Shown here: piece after piece, positions 16,346 to 27,102 of the stretch
Position numbering within the stretch: the stretch's first letter is position 1
Layout: every line of letters starts with the position of its first letter
Virus record (IMG/VR): IMGVR_UViG_3300032242_001844
From: a virus
Direction: 5' to 3' (one strand)
Length of the DNA: 64,000 nucleotides
Notes under the pieces: model-generated
What the model saw: only the letters and a program-made list of their open reading frames with translations
Database searches by the model: none
Told to the model about the DNA's origin: nothing
Translations under genes and position numbers: made by a program

Positions 16346-16363
16346 ATGACAGTATTATGACAC
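16346..16363 (-). promoter_or_regulatory. Pho box upstream of pstS
   Basis: GTGTCAT-AATA-CTGTCAT matches the PhoB consensus CTGTCAT-N4-CTGTCAY. Confidence 0.8.
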
Positions 16364-17215
16364 TAACTTCATTCCATAATTATTAATTTGATCTGGTATT
16401 ACTAGTCCTGTTTTTTTTATTAGTTTGTTATTTTTAAATGGACGATAATCAACATGGTGGTGCCAACGATTAAAACGCCATACTACTTTGGCAACATCTG
16501 GATGTAAATCAGCTAACATCTGAGATTTTGCCATCGTGCCTTCTTGTTTGTAAAAGTCAGCAGTATTGCCACCTGCCATCCGCTGTGTAGTAACTTTTCC
16601 AGCTAAGAAAGTATTAAATTGGATAGTACAAAACCCATCTTTTAATACTCGTAACGATAGATCGGTGTCTTCATTGTATCGTCCACGCCAACGATATGGT
16701 ATATCGTTTTGTATAAGAAGAATAGAATAAATTCTAGTATTCAGTACAAATGGCGGTACCGCATCCGTTGCTTTGCAGAAACTATAGTAATTAAATCCAC
16801 TTATTGGAACATTTTCATATCTGTCTACAAAATCTTCTGCAATTTTAAATATTGTTCCGCTTTTAACTTCTGCTTTAACATTGCGATTAAAACGATGAAA
16901 CGCATCAAAGTTATCATCCAATACCCAATGTTTAGTTGCGCCTTGGCTTATACTATGTTCCCATGCAAAGTTTCTAGCAGCGCCAGGCCCTTTGCTCTTA
17001 GTGCTTCCAAGATTGTCACATGTATCATATTCATCTAGATATTTTTGGTCAAGTACAAGAATTTTTTTAGGATCAATGACAGCGGCATATTTGTCATATT
17101 CACTTGCTTCGACTACAATATGATATGGCACATTAATTTCTTCTAGTGCTTTACTGGTTAGCCTAGATTCCCATCTGCCTTTAGATACTATATAAACTGG
17201 ATGATTAGGATTCAT
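16355..17215 (-). CDS. GREB1-like/TAGT glycosyltransferase (putative DNA-base glycosylation)
   Basis: VSKGR, WVLDDN, RIYSILLI, RWRGRYNEDTDLSLR, GGNT. Confidence 0.75.
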   Translation of the reverse strand: MNPNHPVYIVSKGRWESRLTSKALEEINVPYHIVVEASEYDKYAAVIDPKKILVLDQKYLDEYDTCDNLGSTKSKGPGAARNFAWEHSISQGATKHWVLDDNFDAFHRFNRNVKAEVKSGTIFKIAEDFVDRYENVPISGFNYYSFCKATDAVPPFVLNTRIYSILLIQNDIPYRWRGRYNEDTDLSLRVLKDGFCTIQFNTFLAGKVTTQRMAGGNTADFYKQEGTMAKSQMLADLHPDVAKVVWRFNRWHHHVDYRPFKNNKLIKKTGLVIPDQINNYGMKLVS

Positions 17216-17471
17216 CTACCCACCGCTTGCTTGCGTTAAGCCCACGAACTAATTGAGGATGCCAAATACTTTTTGTTTTTGGAGTAAGTTTTTGACCAAT
17301 TAATTTACTAAATTCTTCTAATGCTTCTGCGCTGTCAAATCTTACAATGATCTTAGCAAATGGTTCTTGCTTTTCCTGCACAAATTCAGGCATGTTTTTC
17401 CATTCATCGCGTGGATTAAATGTATGAGTTTCCTCTTCTTCAAACAAGTTGTTATCAAGCTGCTTGGTCAT
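17205..17471 (-). CDS. Small protein coupled between the MTase and TAGT genes
   Basis: EWKNMPEFVQ...TKSIWHP; overlaps both neighbours. Confidence 0.65.
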   Translation of the reverse strand: MTKQLDNNLFEEEETHTFNPRDEWKNMPEFVQEKQEPFAKIIVRFDSAEALEEFSKLIGQKLTPKTKSIWHPQLVRGLNASKRWVDES

Positions 17472-18694
17472 TATTCTTCCTCAAATAAATTATTAAACAC
17501 AGTATTAATTTTAGCTTCTTCTCTTTTTTCAACGATTGCAATACGAGCACGAGCAATATCAATATACTCTTGGCTCATCTCAATACCGATAAAGTTAAAT
17601 CCACCAAGCATTGCACCACGACCAGTAGAACCACTGCCCATAAATGGATCAAGAACAGTCCCGTTGGGTGGTGTCACCATCTTGCACAAGTAAATCATTA
17701 AATCAGTTGGTTTTACTGTTGGATGTGTATTTTTTCTAACAGTTGCGCCGCGCTGATAAGCGTTGTTAGCATCTACCTTGCGACCGTCATTTGTTTTTCC
17801 ACCTTCAAAATCATCTAATCCATCATTGCGATCTTGTGGACTTGCTTTTGCGCCATAGAAAAACTTTGACCATTCTGTTTCTATGCTGCCATCATGAATA
17901 AAGTTTGCTGGCCAACGACCAAGATCATTTGGTTTGTACTCTACGCCATTTTGATCTGTATAATATGCGTTAGGACGAAAACCATGCTCGGCGTTTTTCT
18001 TATCTTGTGCCGCCCATCCAGTTCCTATCATAGCTTTTGGTAGTTCGCCTTCAACACGAGTAGCATCAATATTCAGTGCACCTGTGCCATGTTTTAACAC
18101 ATTTTCTGCAACAGTTTTTTCACCCAACGGTTTTCTTGCTACGCAAATTGGTTCATGCGATGGTTTAAGTGCAGTTCCCCATCCGCTCCATTGTTGCGCT
18201 TCTGGCGTTGCGGGATTATCATTTGTAATTCCACCTTTGCGTTCATCGCTCATAACGCCATTATTTGGAAGAGTTGCTGTTTCTCTGCTTTCGCCAGGCC
18301 GCTGTTCAATTGCAGATTTAATATTTTTACTATGTGAACCGCCTGTTAATATCTTGGCATCAATTGCTTTACTAACATCATGATTCTTTGGAAACCCTGT
18401 GCCATACACCCACATAATTTGGTCACGAATTTCAAAACCAGCATCTTCAATGGCAACCGTCATACGATGATATGTGCGTGAACCGCTAAACGCAAGCATA
18501 TGTCCGCCTGGTTTTAACACACGCAGAACTTCACGCCACATATCCGTATTATACGCAATGCCACTGGCATCCCAACTTTTACCCATAAATCCAAGTTCAT
18601 ACGGTGGATCGGTTACAATGCTATCAACGCTATTGTCAGGTAGAGTTTTGAGTTGAACACGACAGTCGCCGTGCAGTAATGTTACATTTGCCAT
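17471..18694 (-). CDS. DNA amino-methyltransferase (N6A/N4C, beta class)
   Basis: TDPPY near the N-terminus, HPTVKP, DPFMGSGSTG near the C-terminus. Confidence 0.9.
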   Translation of the reverse strand: MANVTLLHGDCRVQLKTLPDNSVDSIVTDPPYELGFMGKSWDASGIAYNTDMWREVLRVLKPGGHMLAFSGSRTYHRMTVAIEDAGFEIRDQIMWVYGTGFPKNHDVSKAIDAKILTGGSHSKNIKSAIEQRPGESRETATLPNNGVMSDERKGGITNDNPATPEAQQWSGWGTALKPSHEPICVARKPLGEKTVAENVLKHGTGALNIDATRVEGELPKAMIGTGWAAQDKKNAEHGFRPNAYYTDQNGVEYKPNDLGRWPANFIHDGSIETEWSKFFYGAKASPQDRNDGLDDFEGGKTNDGRKVDANNAYQRGATVRKNTHPTVKPTDLMIYLCKMVTPPNGTVLDPFMGSGSTGRGAMLGGFNFIGIEMSQEYIDIARARIAIVEKREEAKINTVFNNLFEEE

Positions 18695-18762
18695 ACATAT
18701 AATTTACCATTTCGTATAACTACTGTCAAGATAAATATTCTTATAGATTCGGGGAATCATAA

Positions 18763-19062
18763 ATGTCAGTTCTTTTAAGAAAAGGTGCCTATGCAGTAGC
18801 AAATGCACAAACAATCACCACGGGCAGCAGTAGCAACTCAACGGCTGCATTTAGTAGCGTAGCAAGTATACTTCGTGTAACAACAAATGCAGACACATAT
18901 ATTGCTTGGGGTGCTAATCCTACTGCTTTCAATACTGGAAATTGTATGCTAATCGTAGGCGGTGGTGTTGAATTTATCGCTGTCAATGGCGGTGACAAAG
19001 TAGCAGCAATTCAAAGTACCACTAGCGGTCTTTGCAATGTTCTTGAATTAAAGAGCCAGTAA
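18763..19062 (+). CDS. Small beta-rich putative virion protein
   Basis: TAAATA and RBS upstream; Ser/Thr/Gly/Ala-rich. Confidence 0.6.
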   Translation: MSVLLRKGAYAVANAQTITTGSSSNSTAAFSSVASILRVTTNADTYIAWGANPTAFNTGNCMLIVGGGVEFIAVNGGDKVAAIQSTTSGLCNVLELKSQ

Positions 19063-19355
19063 TGCCTGGTTTACATAAGGGTTTGCTACGCCCACATAGC
19101 ACAAGTGCAACAACTACCGCTCAAACCAATGGCGTAATTGCTGTTGCTAATGGCAGTAGTTTGCGCAGTGCGACGGTAAAGAAAAGCGATTTTAAAAGCG
19201 GAATGCCAACCAACGGTATGAAGATCACCGTTGCTGGTGGAACTGGCACTATTAGCGGTGTTTCCACGAGTGGTGCTAATTATGTAATTACATATAGTGG
19301 CGGCAATGCTTTTACTGGTGGTCTAGGAAATCCATATACGGTTTATCGTGGATAA
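19062..19355 (+). CDS. Small Gly/Thr-rich putative virion protein
   Basis: Translationally coupled (TAATG). Confidence 0.6.
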   Translation: MPGLHKGLLRPHSTSATTTAQTNGVIAVANGSSLRSATVKKSDFKSGMPTNGMKITVAGGTGTISGVSTSGANYVITYSGGNAFTGGLGNPYTVYRG

Positions 19356-21310
19356 TGACGCATTATCAAGAATTAAAAAATTTTTTAGATAAATTACCTC
19401 CGCCTTGGCAAATTTACGATTATCTTGATCCTATCAATACTATAAAAAATAAATTCAACACTAATGAATATCCTATTGTTAATATAAGCAATGATTTAGA
19501 ATTTTCAACCACTCAAGATATAGTTAACGAAATTGAAAAAATTTATGACAAATTTTTAATTTTATCAGGAAATTTACAATATTGGTATAAACCAACAAAT
19601 AATATAGTTTATTTTCCTTGGTTCTTGTATACAACCTCATCTGACAACTTTGATACTAACTTAATTAAAAATTCACAAAGAAAATATCTAGTATCTTGTT
19701 TAAATGGTCGCAGTAGACCGCATCGTGTAGAAAATTTTGTTAAAATGTCTACTAAATCATGGTTTGATAAAACATATTATACTATCTTCAACAATTATAA
19801 TCATGCACATGAAAGCAATGAAACAGAAGTGCAATATGCCAATAAAAACATATTGCCTACATTTTTAAATTTAATAAAAGATAAACCTAGCACTTATCCA
19901 TCAGCGATGACTGTTAGTAATCCTGCTTGGAGAAACAGTTATATAAGTTTAATTACAGATGCTTCTGTTAGTAATTCATCGCATTTTATATCTGAAAAAA
20001 CATATAAACCATTAAAATGCGGCATGATTCCTCTTTATATAACAGGTGTAGAAATTGTAAAATTTTTACGAGAAATTGGATTTGATATGTTTGATGATAT
20101 CATAGATCATAGTTATGACACAGAATCAGATTGGCATAAACGAATCGATATGGTACACGACCAAATAGATAAAGTAAGTGGTTATGATTGGCCTAAAATT
20201 TATGAAGATACATTTGAGCGCAGACTTGCTAATAGTAAATTATTCTATAGCGAAGATTTGCTAAAGAAATTAACTAAACATATAACTTTAGATACATCGT
20301 TACCAAATATAAACATAAGTCAGCCAAAAATAGTTGAACATAAAAAATATTGGAATTTTATAGAAAATTCTATTTCATTTTGGAATTTGTTTGATTTTGA
20401 AAAAACTAAGAAATTTGATATGGACACAGATAAAATAAAATCTGGTATTAAAAATGATAAGTTAATCATAGATTTATCAAATTGTCCATATAATGATACC
20501 ACAGAAAAAATAGTTCCTGAACTATCAAAAACATTTGATGATTTTTTAATACTAACTGGTGATGTAAAATATCTTAATAACGCATTAGATAAAGCTGCGT
20601 ATTTTCCATATTGTTATCTTCAATCGCATGACCATAAATCATCTTCACTTTTAGTTACAAATTCTTATAGACACTATCCTATATCTTGTTTAAATGGTCG
20701 CAGTAGACCGCATAGAATAGAAAATTTTGTAAAGTTAGTAAAAAAACCATGGTTTAATAAGCTGCGTTTTTCAATGTATAATAACTTTGATGAGGCACAA
20801 GAAAAAACAGAAAGGCCTGGATTGCATTTTTGTGACGATACTATATTTCCAACTTATCTAAGTTTATGCGATAGACTTCCAGAAAAATATCCTATTGATT
20901 ATTCTGTTCAAGATGAAGCTTATCATAACTCATATATTAATCTTGTTACTGAGACAACCGTTAATACTATAGATTTATATGTCAGTGAAAAAAGTTGGAA
21001 GCCATTTCGTGCTGGACAGATGCCAATATTTCTTGGCAATCCAACGCTTGTTAATTTTTTTCGTGACCTTGGGTTTGATGTATTTGATGATATCATAGAT
21101 CATAGCTATGATCTTGAAAAAAATTGGCACAAGAGAATTGACATGATTCATGAACAACTTGATACAATTGTAGATTATAACTGGAAAAAGATATTTAAAG
21201 ATACAGAAGAACGCCGATTGGCAAACTATAACCTGTTTTACAGTCAAGAATTGTTAGATAAACTTACTGCACAATTAGATTATGATCATTGGATTGGCAA
21301 CAATAACTAA
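19355..21310 (+). CDS. Tandem-duplicated GT-B/GT10-like protein
   Basis: Two copies of SCLNGRSRPHR.ENFVK...SEK..KP...FDDIIDHSYD...WHKRIDM. Confidence 0.65.
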   Translation: MTHYQELKNFLDKLPPPWQIYDYLDPINTIKNKFNTNEYPIVNISNDLEFSTTQDIVNEIEKIYDKFLILSGNLQYWYKPTNNIVYFPWFLYTTSSDNFDTNLIKNSQRKYLVSCLNGRSRPHRVENFVKMSTKSWFDKTYYTIFNNYNHAHESNETEVQYANKNILPTFLNLIKDKPSTYPSAMTVSNPAWRNSYISLITDASVSNSSHFISEKTYKPLKCGMIPLYITGVEIVKFLREIGFDMFDDIIDHSYDTESDWHKRIDMVHDQIDKVSGYDWPKIYEDTFERRLANSKLFYSEDLLKKLTKHITLDTSLPNINISQPKIVEHKKYWNFIENSISFWNLFDFEKTKKFDMDTDKIKSGIKNDKLIIDLSNCPYNDTTEKIVPELSKTFDDFLILTGDVKYLNNALDKAAYFPYCYLQSHDHKSSSLLVTNSYRHYPISCLNGRSRPHRIENFVKLVKKPWFNKLRFSMYNNFDEAQEKTERPGLHFCDDTIFPTYLSLCDRLPEKYPIDYSVQDEAYHNSYINLVTETTVNTIDLYVSEKSWKPFRAGQMPIFLGNPTLVNFFRDLGFDVFDDIIDHSYDLEKNWHKRIDMIHEQLDTIVDYNWKKIFKDTEERRLANYNLFYSQELLDKLTAQLDYDHWIGNNN

Positions 21311-21311
21311 A

Positions 21312-21686
21312 TATCTAAAACAGGATTTACCTATGGAAGCCGCAGAACTCATCCGCAAACTAATAGATGTTTTAACACAAATTAACGAACCAGCACAGGC
21401 TGCTGCTCCGCAAGGTGCTAAACTTACAGCAGTTCTTGCTCCACAGCCTACTGGCGATTTCCCAGAAGATGAACATACCAACGATGAAACTGGCGGTGTA
21501 ATGGTGCCTCCACTGCAGCAGAAGATGGAATTACTTAAAAAAATAAGTGGTGTTGATAGCGTTTATGATCAAGGTGAATCTAGCGAAGAGTCACAAGAAG
21601 ATGAATTATCAATCATCAAGCGTAATGCTGGTATTCCAATGTTAACAATGGTAGCCAGTGAAGATAACGACGCATTGGAGAACTAA
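21312..21686 (+). CDS. Acidic hypothetical (likely head-associated) protein
   Basis: Start MEAAEL after TAAATA and AGGA; PPLQQKMELLKK motif. Confidence 0.6.
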   Translation, partial: YLKQDLPMEAAELIRKLIDVLTQINEPAQAAAPQGAKLTAVLAPQPTGDFPEDEHTNDETGGVMVPPLQQKMELLKKISGVDSVYDQGESSEESQEDELSIIKRNAGIPMLTMVASEDNDALEN

Positions 21687-23213
21687 TTGTCTATCCGCAA
21701 ACTACGAGCAGGTAGAGTTCCAAATGTTTATGCTAACAATTGGGTTGGTGAAACGGGAACACTATTCTATGATGAAACCACTGGACAATTTAAGATTGCT
21801 GATGGCGTGACGCCAGGTGGACACTTTGTAAATATCGTAGTTGCAAGTAATGTTCAAGTTGGTGGTATTAAAGCGGGTGCTGGTGCTAACATAGGAACAG
21901 ATGGTACACTTACAATTGACACAACTGGTCTGCCGCTAAGTGTTGCAGATTTCTCGTTTACAGGCGGAAATCTTTCAGTAGTAAATTCAAATGAAAATAT
22001 GAATTTGATTACCAATGGCAGAGGTAATGTTAATATTATTGGTAATTTACAGTTATTTTCTACAAATAATGGTTATGCTTATCCTAATACACCAATATTT
22101 ACTGTATTAAATAGCGGTAATGCTATAGTTAACGGTAATTTAATTACTAATGGTAATACTAATGCTATCGGAACTTTTACCTTTGTTGGACCAGCAATAC
22201 ATTATGGTAACTTAACAATAAATGGCAACACTATTAATAATGGTTCAACCATTAATAATGGCGCATTGATTCAAAATGGTAATTTAAGAGCAGTTGGACA
22301 ATCAACTCATATTGTGGCTAATATTGCTACAACTACAACTGCAGGATTTATTATAACTGGAAATGCGTTAGGTCTTTCACAGGCACCTATAAACACTGGC
22401 GTTGGTCTACATGTTAGCGGTTATGATGATGGTAATACACCTAGTAGAATTTATGTGGATAGTATTGGTCAATATGCTGTAATCGCAGGTCGTAGATTTA
22501 ATGGCAATATCGGCACACCCACGCAAGTTTTAGCAAATCAAGACATTGTTCGTTATGCTGGTACTCCCTATACATCTGGTGGTTGGCCAACTATTGGACC
22601 TGCTCGTATGACATTTACAGCAAGTGAAGATATTAGTAGCACTAACCAAGGTGGTCGCATTGAATTTTGGGCAACATCTAATGGCACAGTTGCATCAACA
22701 AATATTCAACGCATTGCAACTGTTGATGCTGGTGTTGGTATTACAAGTAATTTAAATGTTACCGCAGTTGGTAATATTATATCAGCAGGTGCAAATATTG
22801 GCAATATTACTGTCACTAATAATGCAACTGTTAATAATAACCTAACAACTACTAATGCTTTTGCACAAAATTATAACATTGCAAGTAATGGTATTCGCAA
22901 TCTTGGGCCAAATACTTCACCAACTATTAATTTTGCAACTGATAGTTTAGTGCTAATTTATAATCCTGGCGGAACTGTTACATTTAGTTTAACAAACTTT
23001 ATTGCGGGCAGTTATATTAAAGCACTTGTAGCACTTACTGCAAATAGAACTATCAATTTTGGCGTTGCTAATGCTATGCACAGCACAAGTGGCGCAACAA
23101 GTGTTACATTTGGTGGAGGAGGTAATCCAACCGCACCATCAACACTTTCATTAGAATATGTTTGCGTTGATGGCACATTGGCAAATACCTATGTTATTGT
23201 AAATTATATCTAA
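21687..23213 (+). CDS. Tail fibre-like protein
   Basis: N-terminal GETGTLFYD...KIADGVTPGG (Mtd-N-like); many GN repeats. Confidence 0.7.
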   Translation: MSIRKLRAGRVPNVYANNWVGETGTLFYDETTGQFKIADGVTPGGHFVNIVVASNVQVGGIKAGAGANIGTDGTLTIDTTGLPLSVADFSFTGGNLSVVNSNENMNLITNGRGNVNIIGNLQLFSTNNGYAYPNTPIFTVLNSGNAIVNGNLITNGNTNAIGTFTFVGPAIHYGNLTINGNTINNGSTINNGALIQNGNLRAVGQSTHIVANIATTTTAGFIITGNALGLSQAPINTGVGLHVSGYDDGNTPSRIYVDSIGQYAVIAGRRFNGNIGTPTQVLANQDIVRYAGTPYTSGGWPTIGPARMTFTASEDISSTNQGGRIEFWATSNGTVASTNIQRIATVDAGVGITSNLNVTAVGNIISAGANIGNITVTNNATVNNNLTTTNAFAQNYNIASNGIRNLGPNTSPTINFATDSLVLIYNPGGTVTFSLTNFIAGSYIKALVALTANRTINFGVANAMHSTSGATSVTFGGGGNPTAPSTLSLEYVCVDGTLANTYVIVNYI

Positions 23214-24037
23214 ACTTCCACTGTAAATTGTGGATTCCATCCTGAATATTCAGATGGATATCCACGAGGATTACAGACTACACGAGTTTTACCAATAGTG
23301 TAATCAAACACATTGTGCACATGACCTGCACACCACAGTTTTATCTGCGGATGATCTATAATAAAATCATCAAGGTTACTACAAAACGCTCCGTTCATAA
23401 TAATTTGCGTTTTATAATTTTCATGAACACTGCGGAAACTTGGCTGATGATGTGTAACCACCACCACCTTGCGGTCTTTTAGCAAAGATAGTTGAGTGCG
23501 CAACCAATCCAAGTCACTGTTATGTTTGGCAAAAGTGGTGACTGGACGCAACTTATGATATATTCCTTCCTTTGGATTTTCAGTAATGGCATGATAATCA
23601 CTCATTAAATCTTTTACTGACATCATAGTAAGAGGATCACCATTATTGAAATTAGTCCAGAGGCTTGCTCCGAGAAATGTTACATCACCAATATCAACAC
23701 GATCCTGATCACAGAATGAGATATTTGGATAGTGCTGCGTTTCTTCACGCATAATGCCAGTAACTTTTTCCCAATCACCGCTATAAAACTCGTGATTTCC
23801 CGCAACCATAATAACTTTTTCCCAATTATCGCTGCAATACTGTAAGAACTCACGATATAGCGCAGCCTTGTGACCGTTTTCGGCATTGTTGGGAAGAGAA
23901 CCACGAGGATGACGATATAGATGATGTGCTACACAAATATCGCCAGCAAGAACAAGAACATCACTGCCTATATTCTTGATAGGTGGGAGTTCTTTTCTAA
24001 ACTCCATATGTAAATCACTTACTATTTGAATTCTCAT
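23210..24037 (-). CDS. Calcineurin-like metallophosphoesterase
   Basis: SDLH, AGD, GNHE, THH, GHVH, NPRGY. Confidence 0.9.
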   Translation of the reverse strand: MRIQIVSDLHMEFRKELPPIKNIGSDVLVLAGDICVAHHLYRHPRGSLPNNAENGHKAALYREFLQYCSDNWEKVIMVAGNHEFYSGDWEKVTGIMREETQHYPNISFCDQDRVDIGDVTFLGASLWTNFNNGDPLTMMSVKDLMSDYHAITENPKEGIYHKLRPVTTFAKHNSDLDWLRTQLSLLKDRKVVVVTHHQPSFRSVHENYKTQIIMNGAFCSNLDDFIIDHPQIKLWCAGHVHNVFDYTIGKTRVVCNPRGYPSEYSGWNPQFTVEV

Positions 24038-24221
24038 GACATACTTTCACATCTTTGCCATTTTCACTCTTAAACCAGCATCCACTTTCAAGCCAATCAC
24101 GATGCGGCACAGTAAGCGGCTTGCGTTCTGCTGCAACAGGAGATTGCGGCAAAACATAATCAGTGGTCTTCATACAACTACATAATAGCATAGCAGCAAC
24201 GATTGTCAATGCGTATTTCAT
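24015..24221 (-). CDS. Putative lipoprotein
   Basis: Lipobox-like LLCSC after a hydrophobic leader. Confidence 0.55.
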   Translation of the reverse strand: MKYALTIVAAMLLCSCMKTTDYVLPQSPVAAERKPLTVPHRDWLESGCWFKSENGKDVKVCHENSNSK

Positions 24222-24946
24222 TTTAAATTTTCCTCGTAATAATCAATTATCCAAGTTGACATGATTTTTTTTAAATTTTCATCTACTACTGGATGACATA
24301 CATCTCTGGTTATAATTTTTAAATTTTCAGGGTCTGGTTCTACGCCATTATCAAACAACCAACGATTCATTTGAAAATTTTTTAAATCAACAAATCCTGC
24401 ATTTTTCTCAAATAATGCATTATAATTTGGATTTTGTTTTAAAAATTTTGGATATCCACCATCTGCAAAGTTAAAGATGATATGTTCATGGTTATTTTTC
24501 GCAAGCCACCCGCTGATATAACTTAAATCACGGAAATGTTTTTCTATATATTGATCAGTTATATAGGTTTTATGTTTAAACAACTGTTCTGGTAAAAATT
24601 TTAATTCATCATGATGAAATCCAAAGTCCCTTGCCATTGAATTTTGAATTATGCTACTAGGATTAAATTGGATATAATCAACCGTTCGACGATCTTTGAT
24701 ATCACGATAACCAAGTTCAAACCTATGCCAGAAACTCAATCCCCATATAATAAGTGCTTTTTCTGGTTTATCTATTAACATGCGATTGAAAAGGTTTCGT
24801 TCATGATAGTCAAACCCAGTGCCAGCTTTGGTTATGTCAACCAATTCTCCGCTAAAGTAATCTGTAATTTGTGTTAGTGGATTGGTTGCAGCATAACTGT
24901 TCATATAGCTGCAACCTACCAAATAGATATGACTAAACTTTTTCAA
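24218..24946 (-). CDS. SGNH-like protein
   Basis: VGCSY, AGTG and CHP motifs. Confidence 0.55.
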   Translation of the reverse strand: MKKFSHIYLVGCSYMNSYAATNPLTQITDYFSGELVDITKAGTGFDYHERNLFNRMLIDKPEKALIIWGLSFWHRFELGYRDIKDRRTVDYIQFNPSSIIQNSMARDFGFHHDELKFLPEQLFKHKTYITDQYIEKHFRDLSYISGWLAKNNHEHIIFNFADGGYPKFLKQNPNYNALFEKNAGFVDLKNFQMNRWLFDNGVEPDPENLKIITRDVCHPVVDENLKKIMSTWIIDYYEENLK

Positions 24947-25112
24947 TATCTTCTTTCTTTTTCAAAACAATTTTATTATCTACGGTAATTTCCCAACAGA
25001 TAACCGTGCCTTCTTCCCAATCCATAAGTTTTAACACATCCTCTGGAAAAGGCAGCAATAAGTCTTTTGTATCAGGGTCTTCTTGTAATTCAACTGTCCA
25101 AGTCTTCGGCAT
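24933..25112 (-). CDS. AbrB/MazE-like small DNA-binding protein (59 aa)
   Basis: MPKTWTVELQEDPDTKDLLLPFPEDVLKLMDWEEGTVICW...; manual translation. Confidence 0.6.
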   Translation of the reverse strand: MPKTWTVELQEDPDTKDLLLPFPEDVLKLMDWEEGTVICWEITVDNKIVLKKKEDIEKV

Positions 25113-26347
25113 TGGTTAACTCCATTAGTTGTGCAATTGTTATTTTAGCACTATGACGAATTGCTTCGGCTGGCACTGCTTCATTCATTTCACTTATAAT
25201 GGTAAATTCTCGCATTGCCAACTCAATGATGCGAGCGGCTTTCCATTCAACAGTGGTTTCTTTTGGCCAAGTAGAAATGCCACTCACTGGTGAACGCTCG
25301 CCCCACTCACAATTTTCTGCAATTTCATCAAGTTTCTCAACAATCTTCATGCTTCACCAATAATTGCTTCTGCATCACTTAGTGGCAGATAATAACCAAG
25401 CATAACCTTTATAGCTTCAAAGTACTGCTTGTTATTTTCAAGGTCTTCTTGTTCAAAAGGTTTCAATTCTCCCTTTTCAACTGCACGATTAGTCAAGTCA
25501 TAGATATCGTTACGAATACGGCGATAATCTTCAACAAGAATATCACGGAACATACTTTCTGCGGTTTCAGTACTAATTTCAATTTTGTACATCGTCTTCG
25601 CCTTCTTCTTCTTCGGTTGGAGTATAAACATATGGAACATATTCGCCTAAATTTTCTATGTCTAGCGGACCACTGAACACCAATATACTGTCATGTTGAT
25701 CCCAGCCTAAAACATCAACTAGTGCACCGTATGCACTGCCATCCTCTTCTACGGCTTCGTCAATGGCAGCAATAGCCTCATCATCAAGGTCACCATAATC
25801 CCAATCATCCCAACAGCCATCGTCCATTTCACGGTCATTGATATCATAACCAAGACCATCAATTTCAACTTCTTCGTTATTTTCTGCATCAAGTTCAGCA
25901 GCTAAATCAACGCCTTGCGGAACAAGTAGCGTCACATACCCCCAACGCCAACCTGTGCTATAAGAAATAGTTTTGCCATCTTTTACAAAGTATTCAATTT
26001 CTGTAACACTTTTTTTATGGCGAGTTGATACTTTGTGTTCAATTAACTTTGGGGTTGCTTCATCGTCAGTCATTTTGTTTTGCTCTTTCTAAGTAAGTTT
26101 GCATTCTACGGTCAATATATTCGTCAAGATGTTCTTTAAAAGTTTCTTTAACTTGTGGCAAAATATTATGGCGAATATTATCTGCACTTCGCCACTCGCC
26201 CTCGTCATTGTGGTGCCATTCATCATCTAGAGTATCAATAAGTTTCTCTAGCGAGTTAATAAAATCTTCAATAATTTCACTGCTTTTTCTGACCATTTTA
26301 TTCAGATTCTTCTTCGCTGTCGTTATCTTCGGCATCGTCCATGCCAA
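25090..26347 (-). CDS. Run of four small hypothetical proteins (25090-25350, 25347-ca.25592, 25579-26073, 26066-ca.26296)
   Basis: Overlapping start/stop chain in the ORF track. Confidence 0.6.
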
Positions 26348-26915
26348 ATTCGTCTTCTTCTTCTGCCATGTCTTCTAGGAACATAGAAATACTCCAGTGG
26401 TCATCGATGTCTAGCGGAATGTTTTCTCGCACCCAATCAGCATCTTTGTCGCTGTATTCGTAAAAATCATCATCGTCTTCTGATGTATACTTGCCACAGA
26501 ACGCCATACCTTCTTCATTATAATATGCTTCAACTTCAAAATCAAATTCATCGGTCATTGTGCGATACCATTCGATTGGTGGTGCCCACGCTGTGTCGAA
26601 TGATAGAGAAATTTCAGTAGCGCCATCAGTCAAGTCAGCGTCTTGATCCTCGGTATTGGCATCCCACTTGGTTCCCCAATTGTTAATATTCCATTGGTAC
26701 CAATCTTTGTAACCAAATTTTTCTTCGTTTTCTTTTTCACGAGCCGCATTACGCTCAACATAATTCTCGCCAACAGGCTCTCCTTCAAGCAATTCTGGCG
26801 GAGTTGGAGCAAACTCGCTAAACAATTTTCCTTCATTAAACCCCTTTGCAACTCGTGCAACCATTGCAGGGTCTTTATGCGTAAACTTTGCACTGTTATA
26901 GCACCAATTAGGCAT
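26298..26915 (-). CDS. YubB/Api92-like ferredoxin-fold protein (DUF1281-like)
   Basis: MPNWCYN, NWGTKW, FDTAWAPP. Confidence 0.75.
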   Translation of the reverse strand: MPNWCYNSAKFTHKDPAMVARVAKGFNEGKLFSEFAPTPPELLEGEPVGENYVERNAAREKENEEKFGYKDWYQWNINNWGTKWDANTEDQDADLTDGATEISLSFDTAWAPPIEWYRTMTDEFDFEVEAYYNEEGMAFCGKYTSEDDDDFYEYSDKDADWVRENIPLDIDDHWSISMFLEDMAEEEDEFGMDDAEDNDSEEESE

Positions 26916-27102
26916 GGAATTTCTCTTTCTTTTTTGCTAACTTTTCTCGAACTTCAATTAGAATTTGAACAAATGGCCGAAATTCGGACAGATGTCCGTG
27001 ACTTTTTAACAATTCATCTATCTGTTCTATTAGACTATCTTTCATATTAATAATAATACTATATTTTTAAAAAATGTCAAATACTTTTTTGTAAATATTG
27101 TC

